From Candidatus Omnitrophota bacterium (GTDB taxonomy: Bacteria > Omnitrophota > Gorgyraeia > Gygaellales > Profunditerraquicolaceae), in assembly GCA_043813255.1 (NCBI GenBank), contig JBDRLG010000126.1:2882-66881 (forward strand): DNA of 64,000 nt, given 5' to 3'. Numbering within the stretch: the first letter of the stretch is position 1; every line of letters starts with the position of its first letter. Positions 56,645 to 64,000 of this stretch are shown here, in pieces. A program made the translations under genes and the position numbers. Under the pieces are notes generated by a model, which saw only the letters and a list, made by a program, of their open reading frames with translations, had not been told where the DNA came from and did no database searches.

Positions 56645-58278
56645 TTATGTGCTAAATAAACTGTCCCATGGTCTTGCTTGTTAAAAACCATTTGAAATGA
56701 ATAAATTCCATGCTGGCAGATTATGAATTTTTTATTTAGTTTGTCCCAAATTCCTGCTGAAATATTATATTTACCCGGCAACAAAGCTAATTTAGGGAAA
56801 AATATTTGGGAATTTTTATTATTGTTAATTCTATGGGTTATGCTTTGGCAATAAATTCCGTCATCTCTATAAATCCCTATCCAGAAATAAAGCTTTTTTT
56901 GATAAAGCAGGGTTATTTTACTAAAGTTAACAAGCATTCTGACAGGTTCGTTAGTTAAAAAAGTGTTTTTTTCTTTGTTAGCGCTGTTAAAGCATTTTAA
57001 AGAAATAGTTCCTGTTTTTTTAGGCTCAGGCGGATTGTCATTTCTGCGGTATGAGTTTTTGGCATAAGATATTTTGGCTGGAATGTTTAATAGCTCTTTT
57101 GGGTTATTTTCGCGGCCTTTTATAGTTAATTTGTAGCATCCATTATGATAATCATAGGCTATAGTTTCGTTTTTATCCCATACCGCTATGGATAGTTTAT
57201 ATTCTCCCGGAGCTAAAAGAATTTTTTTGTATTTTAAAATAAAATGTCTTTCTCCCGCGGTTATTTTGTTGATTTTATATCCATCAAATTCCGTATTAGG
57301 GCCGTAACAATATACCCCGTCATCCCTGAATATCGCGATTCCAAAATGGGGCTCTTTAATTTCATCTCTTACAGTAAAACGTACTTTAATACTTAAAGGT
57401 TCATGGCTTTTGATACTATATGTTTTGATCCCGAATTTATTAATGAATTCTACCGAGTTTATAATGGTTTCTTTAGTGCCGAATTTTTTGTTAAAATCAG
57501 AGATATCATCGGCCCATTTTTTTGTATTATCAAACAAAACAATATTATTAGATGCGGGACCTACAAAAAATTTTTCCGTATTAAGTAATCCGCGATACTT
57601 ATTTATCCCTTCAGCGGGACCTCCGTGGAATAATAATTTCCCATGGTCAAAAAGAGCGACATTGTCACATAGCCGTTCAATTAAATCCATGCTTTGCGTG
57701 GTTATTACGAGTGTTTTACCTGAATGTTTAAAGTCCATTAAGCGTTCATAACATTTACTTTGAAAGAGAGCGTCTCCTACGGCTAATATTTCATCAAGGA
57801 CTAAAATATCAAAGTCCAAATTAGCAATGATGCTAAATCCTAATCTAAGCCTCATTCCTTGTGAATAGCTGCCTAAGGGCATATTAATAAAATTTCCCAA
57901 TTCTGAAAATTCAATTATTGAATTTAGCTTATTTTCTAATTCTTCCCTTAAAGCCCCAAGTATAGCGCCGTTAAGGAATATATTTTCTTTACCTGTAAGT
58001 TCATCATGGAACCCAACACCTAAGTTGAATAATCCAATAATCTTGCCGTTAAGTTGAATTTCTCCTTGAGTAGGCGTCAGCACACCCGCAATAATATTCA
58101 AAAGAGTGGTTTTACCCGCGCCATTTCGGCCTATTATTCCTAGAATTTTTCCTTTATTCACTTCTAATGTTATATCTTTTAAAGCCCAGAAGTCTTTAAA
58201 TTGTTCTTTTATCTTTTTTTCTTCTGGTTTAACAATAGGATATTTTTTACTGATAGACTGGATTTTGATCATTTTCAA
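56629..58278 (-). CDS. wzt: Glycan-export ABC transporter ATP-binding protein Wzt with extended C-terminal carbohydrate-binding region
   Basis: 549 aa. The NBD has Walker A GRNGAGKTT, the signature region and Walker B ILVLDE. The ~300-aa C-terminal extension contains two similar modules: IAIFRDDGVYCYGPNTEFDGYKI...LAPGEYKLSIAVWDK and IGIYRDDGIYCQSITHRI...LLPGKYNISAGIWDK. Confidence 0.85.
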   Translation of the reverse strand: MKMIKIQSISKKYPIVKPEEKKIKEQFKDFWALKDITLEVNKGKILGIIGRNGAGKTTLLNIIAGVLTPTQGEIQLNGKIIGLFNLGVGFHDELTGKENIFLNGAILGALREELENKLNSIIEFSELGNFINMPLGSYSQGMRLRLGFSIIANLDFDILVLDEILAVGDALFQSKCYERLMDFKHSGKTLVITTQSMDLIERLCDNVALFDHGKLLFHGGPAEGINKYRGLLNTEKFFVGPASNNIVLFDNTKKWADDISDFNKKFGTKETIINSVEFINKFGIKTYSIKSHEPLSIKVRFTVRDEIKEPHFGIAIFRDDGVYCYGPNTEFDGYKINKITAGERHFILKYKKILLAPGEYKLSIAVWDKNETIAYDYHNGCYKLTIKGRENNPKELLNIPAKISYAKNSYRRNDNPPEPKKTGTISLKCFNSANKEKNTFLTNEPVRMLVNFSKITLLYQKKLYFWIGIYRDDGIYCQSITHRINNNKNSQIFFPKLALLPGKYNISAGIWDKLNKKFIICQHGIYSFQMVFNKQDHGTVYLAHKWEIK

Positions 58279-59096
58279 TTAAAAAGGTATTCGTTTATCT
58301 TGTTTTTATATTTATTGTACAGGTAAAATCCTGTTAAAAATAAAAAAAGAGAAAAAACAATCGGCACAATAATTAGGCTAAAAATATTTATTTCTTTGCT
58401 TATTAAAGGAAAAAATCCTTTTAAAAGAGTACATCTATATAAATTCAGAATTCCCACAAAAGGATTATTTATGTATATGGAATATAAAAAAGGCGAAAAA
58501 GTAGTTTTAACTAGAGAAAGCGAATAAAAAACGGGTGTTAAATAGAATAAAAATAATAATAAAAATTCTATTATATATTTTGTATCACGCCATTTTAGAT
58601 ATAAAAGGGAAAAAATTAATGCCAAGCCTGTTATAATGGTTAAATGAATAAGTATCACCAATGGCAGGAATATTAAAAAAAGAGGCAGCCCTTTTAACAT
58701 TATCAGAGAAATAATTATTAAAATAGGCAAAGATGGGAGAAAAATAATCAAATTTGCCAGTATAATAGAAATAGGTATAAAATAATATGGAAATCTTGCT
58801 TCTTTTATTAAATTTTTATTATCTATCAGGCATGAAGTCGAACTTGTTATAGAGTCTTGAAAAAAACGCCAGGGAAATGTCGCGCTCATTAAATATAGAA
58901 TAAATGGCATCTCTTTGATTTGTATATTCAAAAACAAAGAAAAGACTAAATAAAAAATTATCGCGGTAAAAAATGGCGACAAAAATGCCCAAAGAAATCC
59001 TAAAAAAGGCCTTGAGTAACGCAGTTTTATATCTTTTAGGACTAACTCATAGATTAAATTTTTTCTTTCAAATATTTCTTGTATAATAGAAAACAT
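58275..59096 (-). CDS. wzm: ABC-2 type transporter permease Wzm
   Basis: 273 aa with 6 TM helices. The layout is ABC-2 permease-like. It is translationally coupled to wzt (4-nt overlap). Confidence 0.8.
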   Translation of the reverse strand: MFSIIQEIFERKNLIYELVLKDIKLRYSRPFLGFLWAFLSPFFTAIIFYLVFSLFLNIQIKEMPFILYLMSATFPWRFFQDSITSSTSCLIDNKNLIKEARFPYYFIPISIILANLIIFLPSLPILIIISLIMLKGLPLFLIFLPLVILIHLTIITGLALIFSLLYLKWRDTKYIIEFLLLFLFYLTPVFYSLSLVKTTFSPFLYSIYINNPFVGILNLYRCTLLKGFFPLISKEINIFSLIIVPIVFSLFLFLTGFYLYNKYKNKINEYLFN

Positions 59097-59104
59097 AATA
59101 GACC

Positions 59105-60409
59105 TTATTTAGTGAATAGTTTAGAAACGTTTAAGCCTTCATAGATAGCGTCTTCCATTGACATGTATTTCCACGCCCCATAACGTCCGCAGGAGATAAT
59201 ATTATTTTTTTTAAGAAAATTAAGTATTATTTTCCTTGAAGCCGAATAATTACTGTCATAAACAGGGTAACCATATTTTATTTCATTCGCGTCTTGCGCG
59301 CAAATCCTATCATTTTTATATAGTATCCCAATTTTTTGTAAGTCTTTTTTAATAGAATTAGCCAATTCAGGTTTATTTATTAAAGAATGCCCGGGGCAAG
59401 CTGCCTCCGCGTATAGAGACATTTTTCCATTAGGTACAACACTAGAGGAAAAGTTATGATGGAAACCAACTCTAAAGAAAGAAATATCTTTTTGGGGAAA
59501 ATATACCCAATGTTTGTTTTCTAAACCGGCTTTCCTATCTATCCCTATGTTTAAATTAAAAATTGAGTTCCATTTTAATTTATTAAAAGCCATTCGTATC
59601 ATTGGAGGAATATCTTTAATTAAATGGGATAATTCCGGTAAAGGCATAGTACTAATTAAATAATCAAATTTTTCAGTATTGCCGGAGGCAGTTTTTATTT
59701 GTTTTTTTATTAGGTTAATTTCTGTTACCGGAGAGTTTGTTTTAATATGTTTTATTCTACGGCTTAAGGCCTGTGGGACACAGTTTATACCGCCGGTTTT
59801 AGGGTACCAAAAAACAGCATTGTAACCGTATTCTGTGCTATTTTTTTTTATAGCTCCTGCGATAATCTGTGTTAATGAAGGAACGGGTATATAATTCTCT
59901 AGCCATTCACAGGTCATATCTTTTAGAGGAACAGTCCAAAATTTATGATTATAGGGAATCATAAAATGTTTGGCTATTCCATTGCCTAAGGTATTATTTA
60001 TCCAATTTAAAAAATTATCACTATTTTTACCAGCCCGTTCCTCCCTTTTTGCATTAATAAATCCTGACAGGCATTCATTTTTAGCAGAAAGAGGTAATCC
60101 ATAAAGATTGGCTTGAAATGGATAAGGAATATATTCGCCTTCAAAATAAACAAAAGCATTCCTTTTGTGCTTAATCAGATTACTTTTAAGCAGGCTTTTG
60201 ATTAAGTTAAATGCGCGGCGATTCTTAAAATGCAATAGATGCCCGTCAAAGTCAAATATAAAGTTATTTATTTTTTTGGATCTGCATAGGCCCCCAACTT
60301 CTTCTTCTTTCTCAAAAATAAGGTAATTAAGTTTTTTATTTTGCAGCTCTCTTGCCAGAGTTAATCCGGTAAGCCCTGCGCCTATGATCAGTATTTTCTT
60401 TTTATGCAT
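59105..60409 (-). CDS. FAD-dependent oxidoreductase, UDP-galactopyranose mutase (Glf)-like
   Basis: 434 aa. The N-terminal dinucleotide-binding motif is KILIIGAGLTGLTLARELQ...FEKEEEVGGLCRS. The later FDFDGHLLHF resembles the Glf GPHIFH block. It sits in an ABC-transporter-dependent glycan context. Confidence 0.5.
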   Translation of the reverse strand: MHKKKILIIGAGLTGLTLARELQNKKLNYLIFEKEEEVGGLCRSKKINNFIFDFDGHLLHFKNRRAFNLIKSLLKSNLIKHKRNAFVYFEGEYIPYPFQANLYGLPLSAKNECLSGFINAKREERAGKNSDNFLNWINNTLGNGIAKHFMIPYNHKFWTVPLKDMTCEWLENYIPVPSLTQIIAGAIKKNSTEYGYNAVFWYPKTGGINCVPQALSRRIKHIKTNSPVTEINLIKKQIKTASGNTEKFDYLISTMPLPELSHLIKDIPPMIRMAFNKLKWNSIFNLNIGIDRKAGLENKHWVYFPQKDISFFRVGFHHNFSSSVVPNGKMSLYAEAACPGHSLINKPELANSIKKDLQKIGILYKNDRICAQDANEIKYGYPVYDSNYSASRKIILNFLKKNNIISCGRYGAWKYMSMEDAIYEGLNVSKLFTK

Positions 60410-61388
60410 TTAGATTTGTTTTTAGCATTTTATTGGCTAAAAATATGCTTAATAAAATTACTATTATGATTAATATAGCTGCCTGTAAATTAGAAATTTT
60501 AGTTATAATTACTCCGGAAATTGAAAAAAAAAGGCACCAGCCAAGCATAATTAAAAGCGTCTTTCTTTTTGAATAGTTAAAAGTGAGAAATCTTAATGCT
60601 AAATGGTCATTACTTTTTTTAAACGGTAATATATTTTTACTGGAGCGTATTAGTATTAAAAAAGCAGTATCAATGATAGGAAAACCCAGAATTACTAAAG
60701 GGCTAAAAATAGCTATGGAGTTATTTAAAGAAGCATAACTTATTTTTAAAGCTATAGCTGATAATACGAACCCTAAAAAATGGCTGCCGGAATTCCCCAT
60801 ATATATTTTGGCTGGAGGAAAATTAAAAATAAAAAATGCCAAAGTAGCTGCTGTTAAACATAGAGATAAGATCAGGGTGGTTATATTGATATTTAATATG
60901 GAAAGAATATAGAATGCTACGCATATAATAATTGCATTACCTGCTGTTAATCCGTCTAGTATGTCTAAATGGTTAAAAGCATTTGTAATCCCGATTATCC
61001 AGATATAAGTAATTATGATATTGATAGGCGCGCTGAAATAAATTATTTGTGTTTTAACCCCGAAAAATATCAAGAACGATGCCGCGATAAATTGTGAAAT
61101 AAACTTTACGGATATGGATAATTCATGAAAATCATCAATTATGCCAAAAACAAGCATTAGAAAAGAAGCAAATAATATCCCTAATATATCTTTATTTAAA
61201 GGCACATAAAAATTATTCGCATACAGGCAGCCTATAAGAAAAGACAAACAGATACTTATGCCTCCTATTAATGGAATGCCTTTGGAAATTAAGAGGTTAT
61301 ATTTTAAGGATATTTTTCTAAGTAAAATAACTAAAAAAATCCCTGAAAAGAAACTAATTATAATACTGCAAAGAAGATTAATTGGCAT
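60402..61388 (-). CDS. Polyprenyl-phosphate N-acetylhexosamine-1-phosphate transferase (WecA/WbpL/TagO family, GT4 MraY-like)
   Basis: 328 aa with about 10 TM helices. NAFNHLDILDGLTAGNAII matches the NAxNxxDGxDGL motif. An FIFNFPPAKIYMGNSGS region is also present. Confidence 0.8.
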   Translation of the reverse strand: MPINLLCSIIISFFSGIFLVILLRKISLKYNLLISKGIPLIGGISICLSFLIGCLYANNFYVPLNKDILGILFASFLMLVFGIIDDFHELSISVKFISQFIAASFLIFFGVKTQIIYFSAPINIIITYIWIIGITNAFNHLDILDGLTAGNAIIICVAFYILSILNINITTLILSLCLTAATLAFFIFNFPPAKIYMGNSGSHFLGFVLSAIALKISYASLNNSIAIFSPLVILGFPIIDTAFLILIRSSKNILPFKKSNDHLALRFLTFNYSKRKTLLIMLGWCLFFSISGVIITKISNLQAAILIIIVILLSIFLANKMLKTNLNA

Positions 61389-62523
61389 ATTGGGTTATTA
61401 ATTTATCATATAGTTCTTGGTTAGCTTTAATCATATTTTGGAGTTGAAAATCAGTATTTAAATAATTTTTTGCATTTTCCCCCATAGCCTCTCTTAGTTC
61501 TTTATTTTTCAATAAAGCAATTAATATTTCCACCATATTTTTTATGTCATGGGGTTTAACTAAAAAACCGGTTTTAGTTTGTTTTATTACTTCTTTTATC
61601 CCTCCTGTGTCAGTTGCTATAACAGGTTTAGACATCAACATTGCTTCTAATACTGATATGGGAAGGCCTTCCCATAATGATGTTAAAACAAAGATATCCA
61701 TGCTAGAAAGTATCTCCGGGATATCATGCCGCCATCCGGTTAATATTATGTTTTTCTCTAATTTGAATCTAGTGATTTCTTTATGTACTTTTTTTAATAA
61801 AATCCCATCCCCTACTAAAATAAATTTTATATTAGGTACTAATTTGAGCGTCAGATAAGCGAGTTTAATAAAATCTTGAGGGCATTTTTGTGGTTTCAGG
61901 CAGCTAATTGTACCTACAACAAGTTCATTGTCTTTTATCGCATTATTTGTTCTAAAAGATGATTCTTTGTTATTGAATTCGTTGAAATTAATGCCATAAC
62001 GGATAACTTGATATTTGTTGTCTTCTCCTATCTTATTATTCAGCCCCGTTTGTTTGTCGTGGTGAGAAACAACTATTATTTTATGGCTGAATTTAGCCAT
62101 AGCTTTTTCCAGATAAATATATATTTTTTTAGTTATAGAATGCTGAAAATCATTAAAACTCCATCCATGAACAGTATGGATAATAATTTTAACTTTAGCT
62201 AATTTTGCCGCTAAGCGGCCTAATATCCCTGCTTTTGAACTATGGGTATGAATTAATGTTATTTTATTTGTTTTGATAAAAAAATATAATTCAATTAAAG
62301 CCAATAGATCTTTAATAGGATGTATTGGCCGATCCAGGAAAATAGATCTTCTTATAATTATTTCTTTTCTTGTGATATGTTTTGAAAGTAATAATCCTTT
62401 TTGAGCGGTAAATATAAATATTTTATATTTATTCTTATCTAAATTATCTATTAAATTTAATACATGTTTTTGAGCCCCGCCCAATTCTAATTTAGTAATT
62501 ACAAAGAGTATATTAATCAACAT
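61378..62523 (-). CDS. GT4 glycosyltransferase (GT-B, group 1)
   Basis: 381 aa. The N-terminal GGAQKHVLNL and the C-terminal EGLPISVLEAMLMSKPVIATDTGGIKEVI (the E-x7-E region) are present. Confidence 0.85.
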   Translation of the reverse strand: MLINILFVITKLELGGAQKHVLNLIDNLDKNKYKIFIFTAQKGLLLSKHITRKEIIIRRSIFLDRPIHPIKDLLALIELYFFIKTNKITLIHTHSSKAGILGRLAAKLAKVKIIIHTVHGWSFNDFQHSITKKIYIYLEKAMAKFSHKIIVVSHHDKQTGLNNKIGEDNKYQVIRYGINFNEFNNKESSFRTNNAIKDNELVVGTISCLKPQKCPQDFIKLAYLTLKLVPNIKFILVGDGILLKKVHKEITRFKLEKNIILTGWRHDIPEILSSMDIFVLTSLWEGLPISVLEAMLMSKPVIATDTGGIKEVIKQTKTGFLVKPHDIKNMVEILIALLKNKELREAMGENAKNYLNTDFQLQNMIKANQELYDKLITQYAN

Positions 62524-62557
62524 ATGTATTATTATTATAATATTTAAATTTAAAAAT

Positions 62558-63685
62558 TCAAGTTATTATGGCCGGTTCAAGTAACATTTTTTCTCTGGCA
62601 TGAGCTACTTCGCAAAAATAATCAACCGGCATATCTAATGCTCCTGTTTCTAAATAAGAATGTGCGGGGCACCAGATACAGAGATTGAATAAAGGGCATA
62701 CATGGCATTTTTTTAGGAAATCTTTTTTTGTGGAACGGTTGTTTCTAACCTGCGGAACAAAATATTGCCAGGCTTGAAGAAGCGTCTCTTTTTTAAGATC
62801 AAGAATACAATCCGGGTGGCAAAGCGAAGAGCAGAGTTTAAAATAACCGTCATAACTTATTGTAAAACTTTTGGTTCCCGCGTCGCAATGAAAAATATGA
62901 TTACAGTTAAGATTAGCTAATTCAGGAATAATAAGATTATTACAATCTTTTTTTAAGGCTTGTTTACGTTCCGGATCATTTTGTTCTATAGTGATGATTT
63001 TTTTAGAATCCAGCCTTTCAGATTGTATCTCAGCGTTTCTTTTTTTATCTCCGTCAAAACGCATATGTAAAAAAGGATCAAAACGGAAATAGTCTTTAGT
63101 TCTTTTACGGCAAAATGCGCTAATTCTTGGTAATTCGTTAACATTTGAGCGTAAAGCCATCGCTTTAAAACGCGTTTTTATGCCGTTGCTAAGCAAAAGA
63201 TTTACTCCGGATAAAAAAGCATTGAAAGAACCTTTATTCCTGGTGACCTTTTCGTATGTTTCTTTAGTGGTGCCATATACAGTTATTTCAATATCTCTGG
63301 GAGGATACTTTTTAAAAAATTCTATATGTTTTGCAGTGAGCAAGGTGGCATTGGTAAAAACCGAGATCAGTAATCCTTTTTTCTTTAAATAAAGATAAAT
63401 ATCAAAAAAATCCTCTCTTAACAATGGCTCTCCCCCGGTAAGAAGGCACCATAATGCCCCTAAATCTACAGTTTGATCAACTATATTTTTTATCTCGAGC
63501 AATGTAAGTTCTTTCTTTTTTACTTGTTTATCATTTGACGGCAGGTTAATATAGCAATGCCGGCAATTATTATTACACCGCGCGGTTAATTCCAGATCAA
63601 AAGAAATAAGCTGTCTTTTATTATGGATTGGTTTTAAAAAATCTGATTTTGGTAATTTAATTTGTTTTACGAAAGAAACCGGCAT
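62558..63685 (-). CDS. Radical SAM protein with full SPASM domain (distinct from the 4-paralog family)
   Basis: 375 aa. ELTARCNNNCRHCYINL is followed by the C-terminal SPASM Cys pattern CNHIFHCDAG...CSSLCHPDC...CHVCPLFNLCIWCP. Confidence 0.85.
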   Translation of the reverse strand: MPVSFVKQIKLPKSDFLKPIHNKRQLISFDLELTARCNNNCRHCYINLPSNDKQVKKKELTLLEIKNIVDQTVDLGALWCLLTGGEPLLREDFFDIYLYLKKKGLLISVFTNATLLTAKHIEFFKKYPPRDIEITVYGTTKETYEKVTRNKGSFNAFLSGVNLLLSNGIKTRFKAMALRSNVNELPRISAFCRKRTKDYFRFDPFLHMRFDGDKKRNAEIQSERLDSKKIITIEQNDPERKQALKKDCNNLIIPELANLNCNHIFHCDAGTKSFTISYDGYFKLCSSLCHPDCILDLKKETLLQAWQYFVPQVRNNRSTKKDFLKKCHVCPLFNLCIWCPAHSYLETGALDMPVDYFCEVAHAREKMLLEPAIIT

Positions 63686-64000
63686 TTGATAAATCTCCTT
63701 AGAGAATACGGGATTAATTGACTCAAAGAATGCAGTAAAGATAAAACTCCTATTTTGCTTAAAAAAGCAATAAATACTCGTTCCGGGCCTAATCCTAAAA
63801 GTATAGTTTTATTGTTTCTCTTTATTAATGTTACGCAGCCTAAAATATGCCTTTTGTCGATAAGAAAATCAGGTTTAGTGATATTATCGCCTTTTATCAA
63901 GTAATAGCTTTTTTTTCTTGCTACTATACGATGTAATAATAGTTTTTTATGCGTAGGACAGACGCAAGCCACAACTTTGCCTAACCCGAGCGATGAATGC
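63667..64000 (-). CDS. S26 signal-peptidase-I-like protein (partial; N-terminus beyond window end)
   Basis: The ORF continues past 64000; the track's M at 63972 is a GTG. YYLIKGDNITKPDFLIDKRHILGCV resembles SPase I box D (GDNRxxSxDSRxxGxV). KVVACVCPTHKKLLL aligns to box B (SGSMxPTL) but with Cys in place of Ser. Confidence 0.35.
   Translation of the reverse strand, partial: HSSLGLGKVVACVCPTHKKLLLHRIVARKKSYYLIKGDNITKPDFLIDKRHILGCVTLIKRNNKTILLGLGPERVFIAFLSKIGVLSLLHSLSQLIPYSLRRFIKCRFLS

Overview
AT-rich (~30% GC) bacterial chromosomal segment, with almost every gene on the minus strand. No rRNA, tRNA, CRISPR array or transposase was recognisable. From left to right, three regions can be read.

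**1. Cobalamin salvage and uptake (1-2668).**
- FecCD-type permease (partial, runs off the window start).
- BtuF-like binding protein behind a clear cobalamin riboswitch (1780-2100, minus strand).
- CobO/BtuR cob(I)alamin adenosyltransferase.

**2. Housekeeping, envelope-lipid and secretin genes (2683-11597).**
- Small multidrug-export-family membrane protein and Pcm.
- GtrB-like GT2, LpxL-like acyltransferase and a UgtP/MGDG-synthase-like GT28.
- A GAF-HD-GYP phosphodiesterase plus CheY-like receiver.
- A secretin module: ExeA-like AAA ATPase, a GspB/GspC/PilP-like partner, and a secretin carrying an unusual TonB-C-like C-terminal domain.

**3. A near-unidirectional ~50 kb glycan-assembly and tailoring locus (11695-64000).**
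- ABC-transporter-dependent core: WecA-like initiating transferase, GT4, Glf-like FAD mutase, Wzm, Wzt with duplicated C-terminal carbohydrate-binding modules, and a 1296-aa GT2 / GT-A-like / GT4 polymerase-like protein. That protein has a coiled-coil linker containing a fresh 63-bp tandem duplication.
- An extraordinary density of GT-C-fold membrane enzymes: five YfhO-like paralogs, two GT39/ArnT-like (one broken by a frameshift in an A8 tract), two novel ~535-aa paralogs, and a WaaL/Wzy-like protein.
- An anaerobic radical-SAM toolkit:
  - six radical-SAM proteins with SPASM/twitch domains, four of them ~330-aa paralogs;
  - two B12-binding radical-SAM enzymes;
  - a DegT aminotransferase;
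  - an AsnB homolog lacking the catalytic Cys;
  - a NodU/TobZ-type carbamoyltransferase;
  - a YdjC/HpnK-type deacetylase;
  - two SGNH hydrolases.
- Parts of this are organised as two duplicated cassettes.

The most interesting hypothesis is a heavily tailored, radical-SAM-modified surface glycan whose chemistry resembles aminoglycoside and hopanoid side-chain tailoring (BtrN/BtrS-like, GenK-like, TobZ-like, HpnI/K/J-like logic). It is coupled to a B12-uptake system. Every functional assignment here rests on motif recognition by eye and needs HMM or structure-based confirmation.
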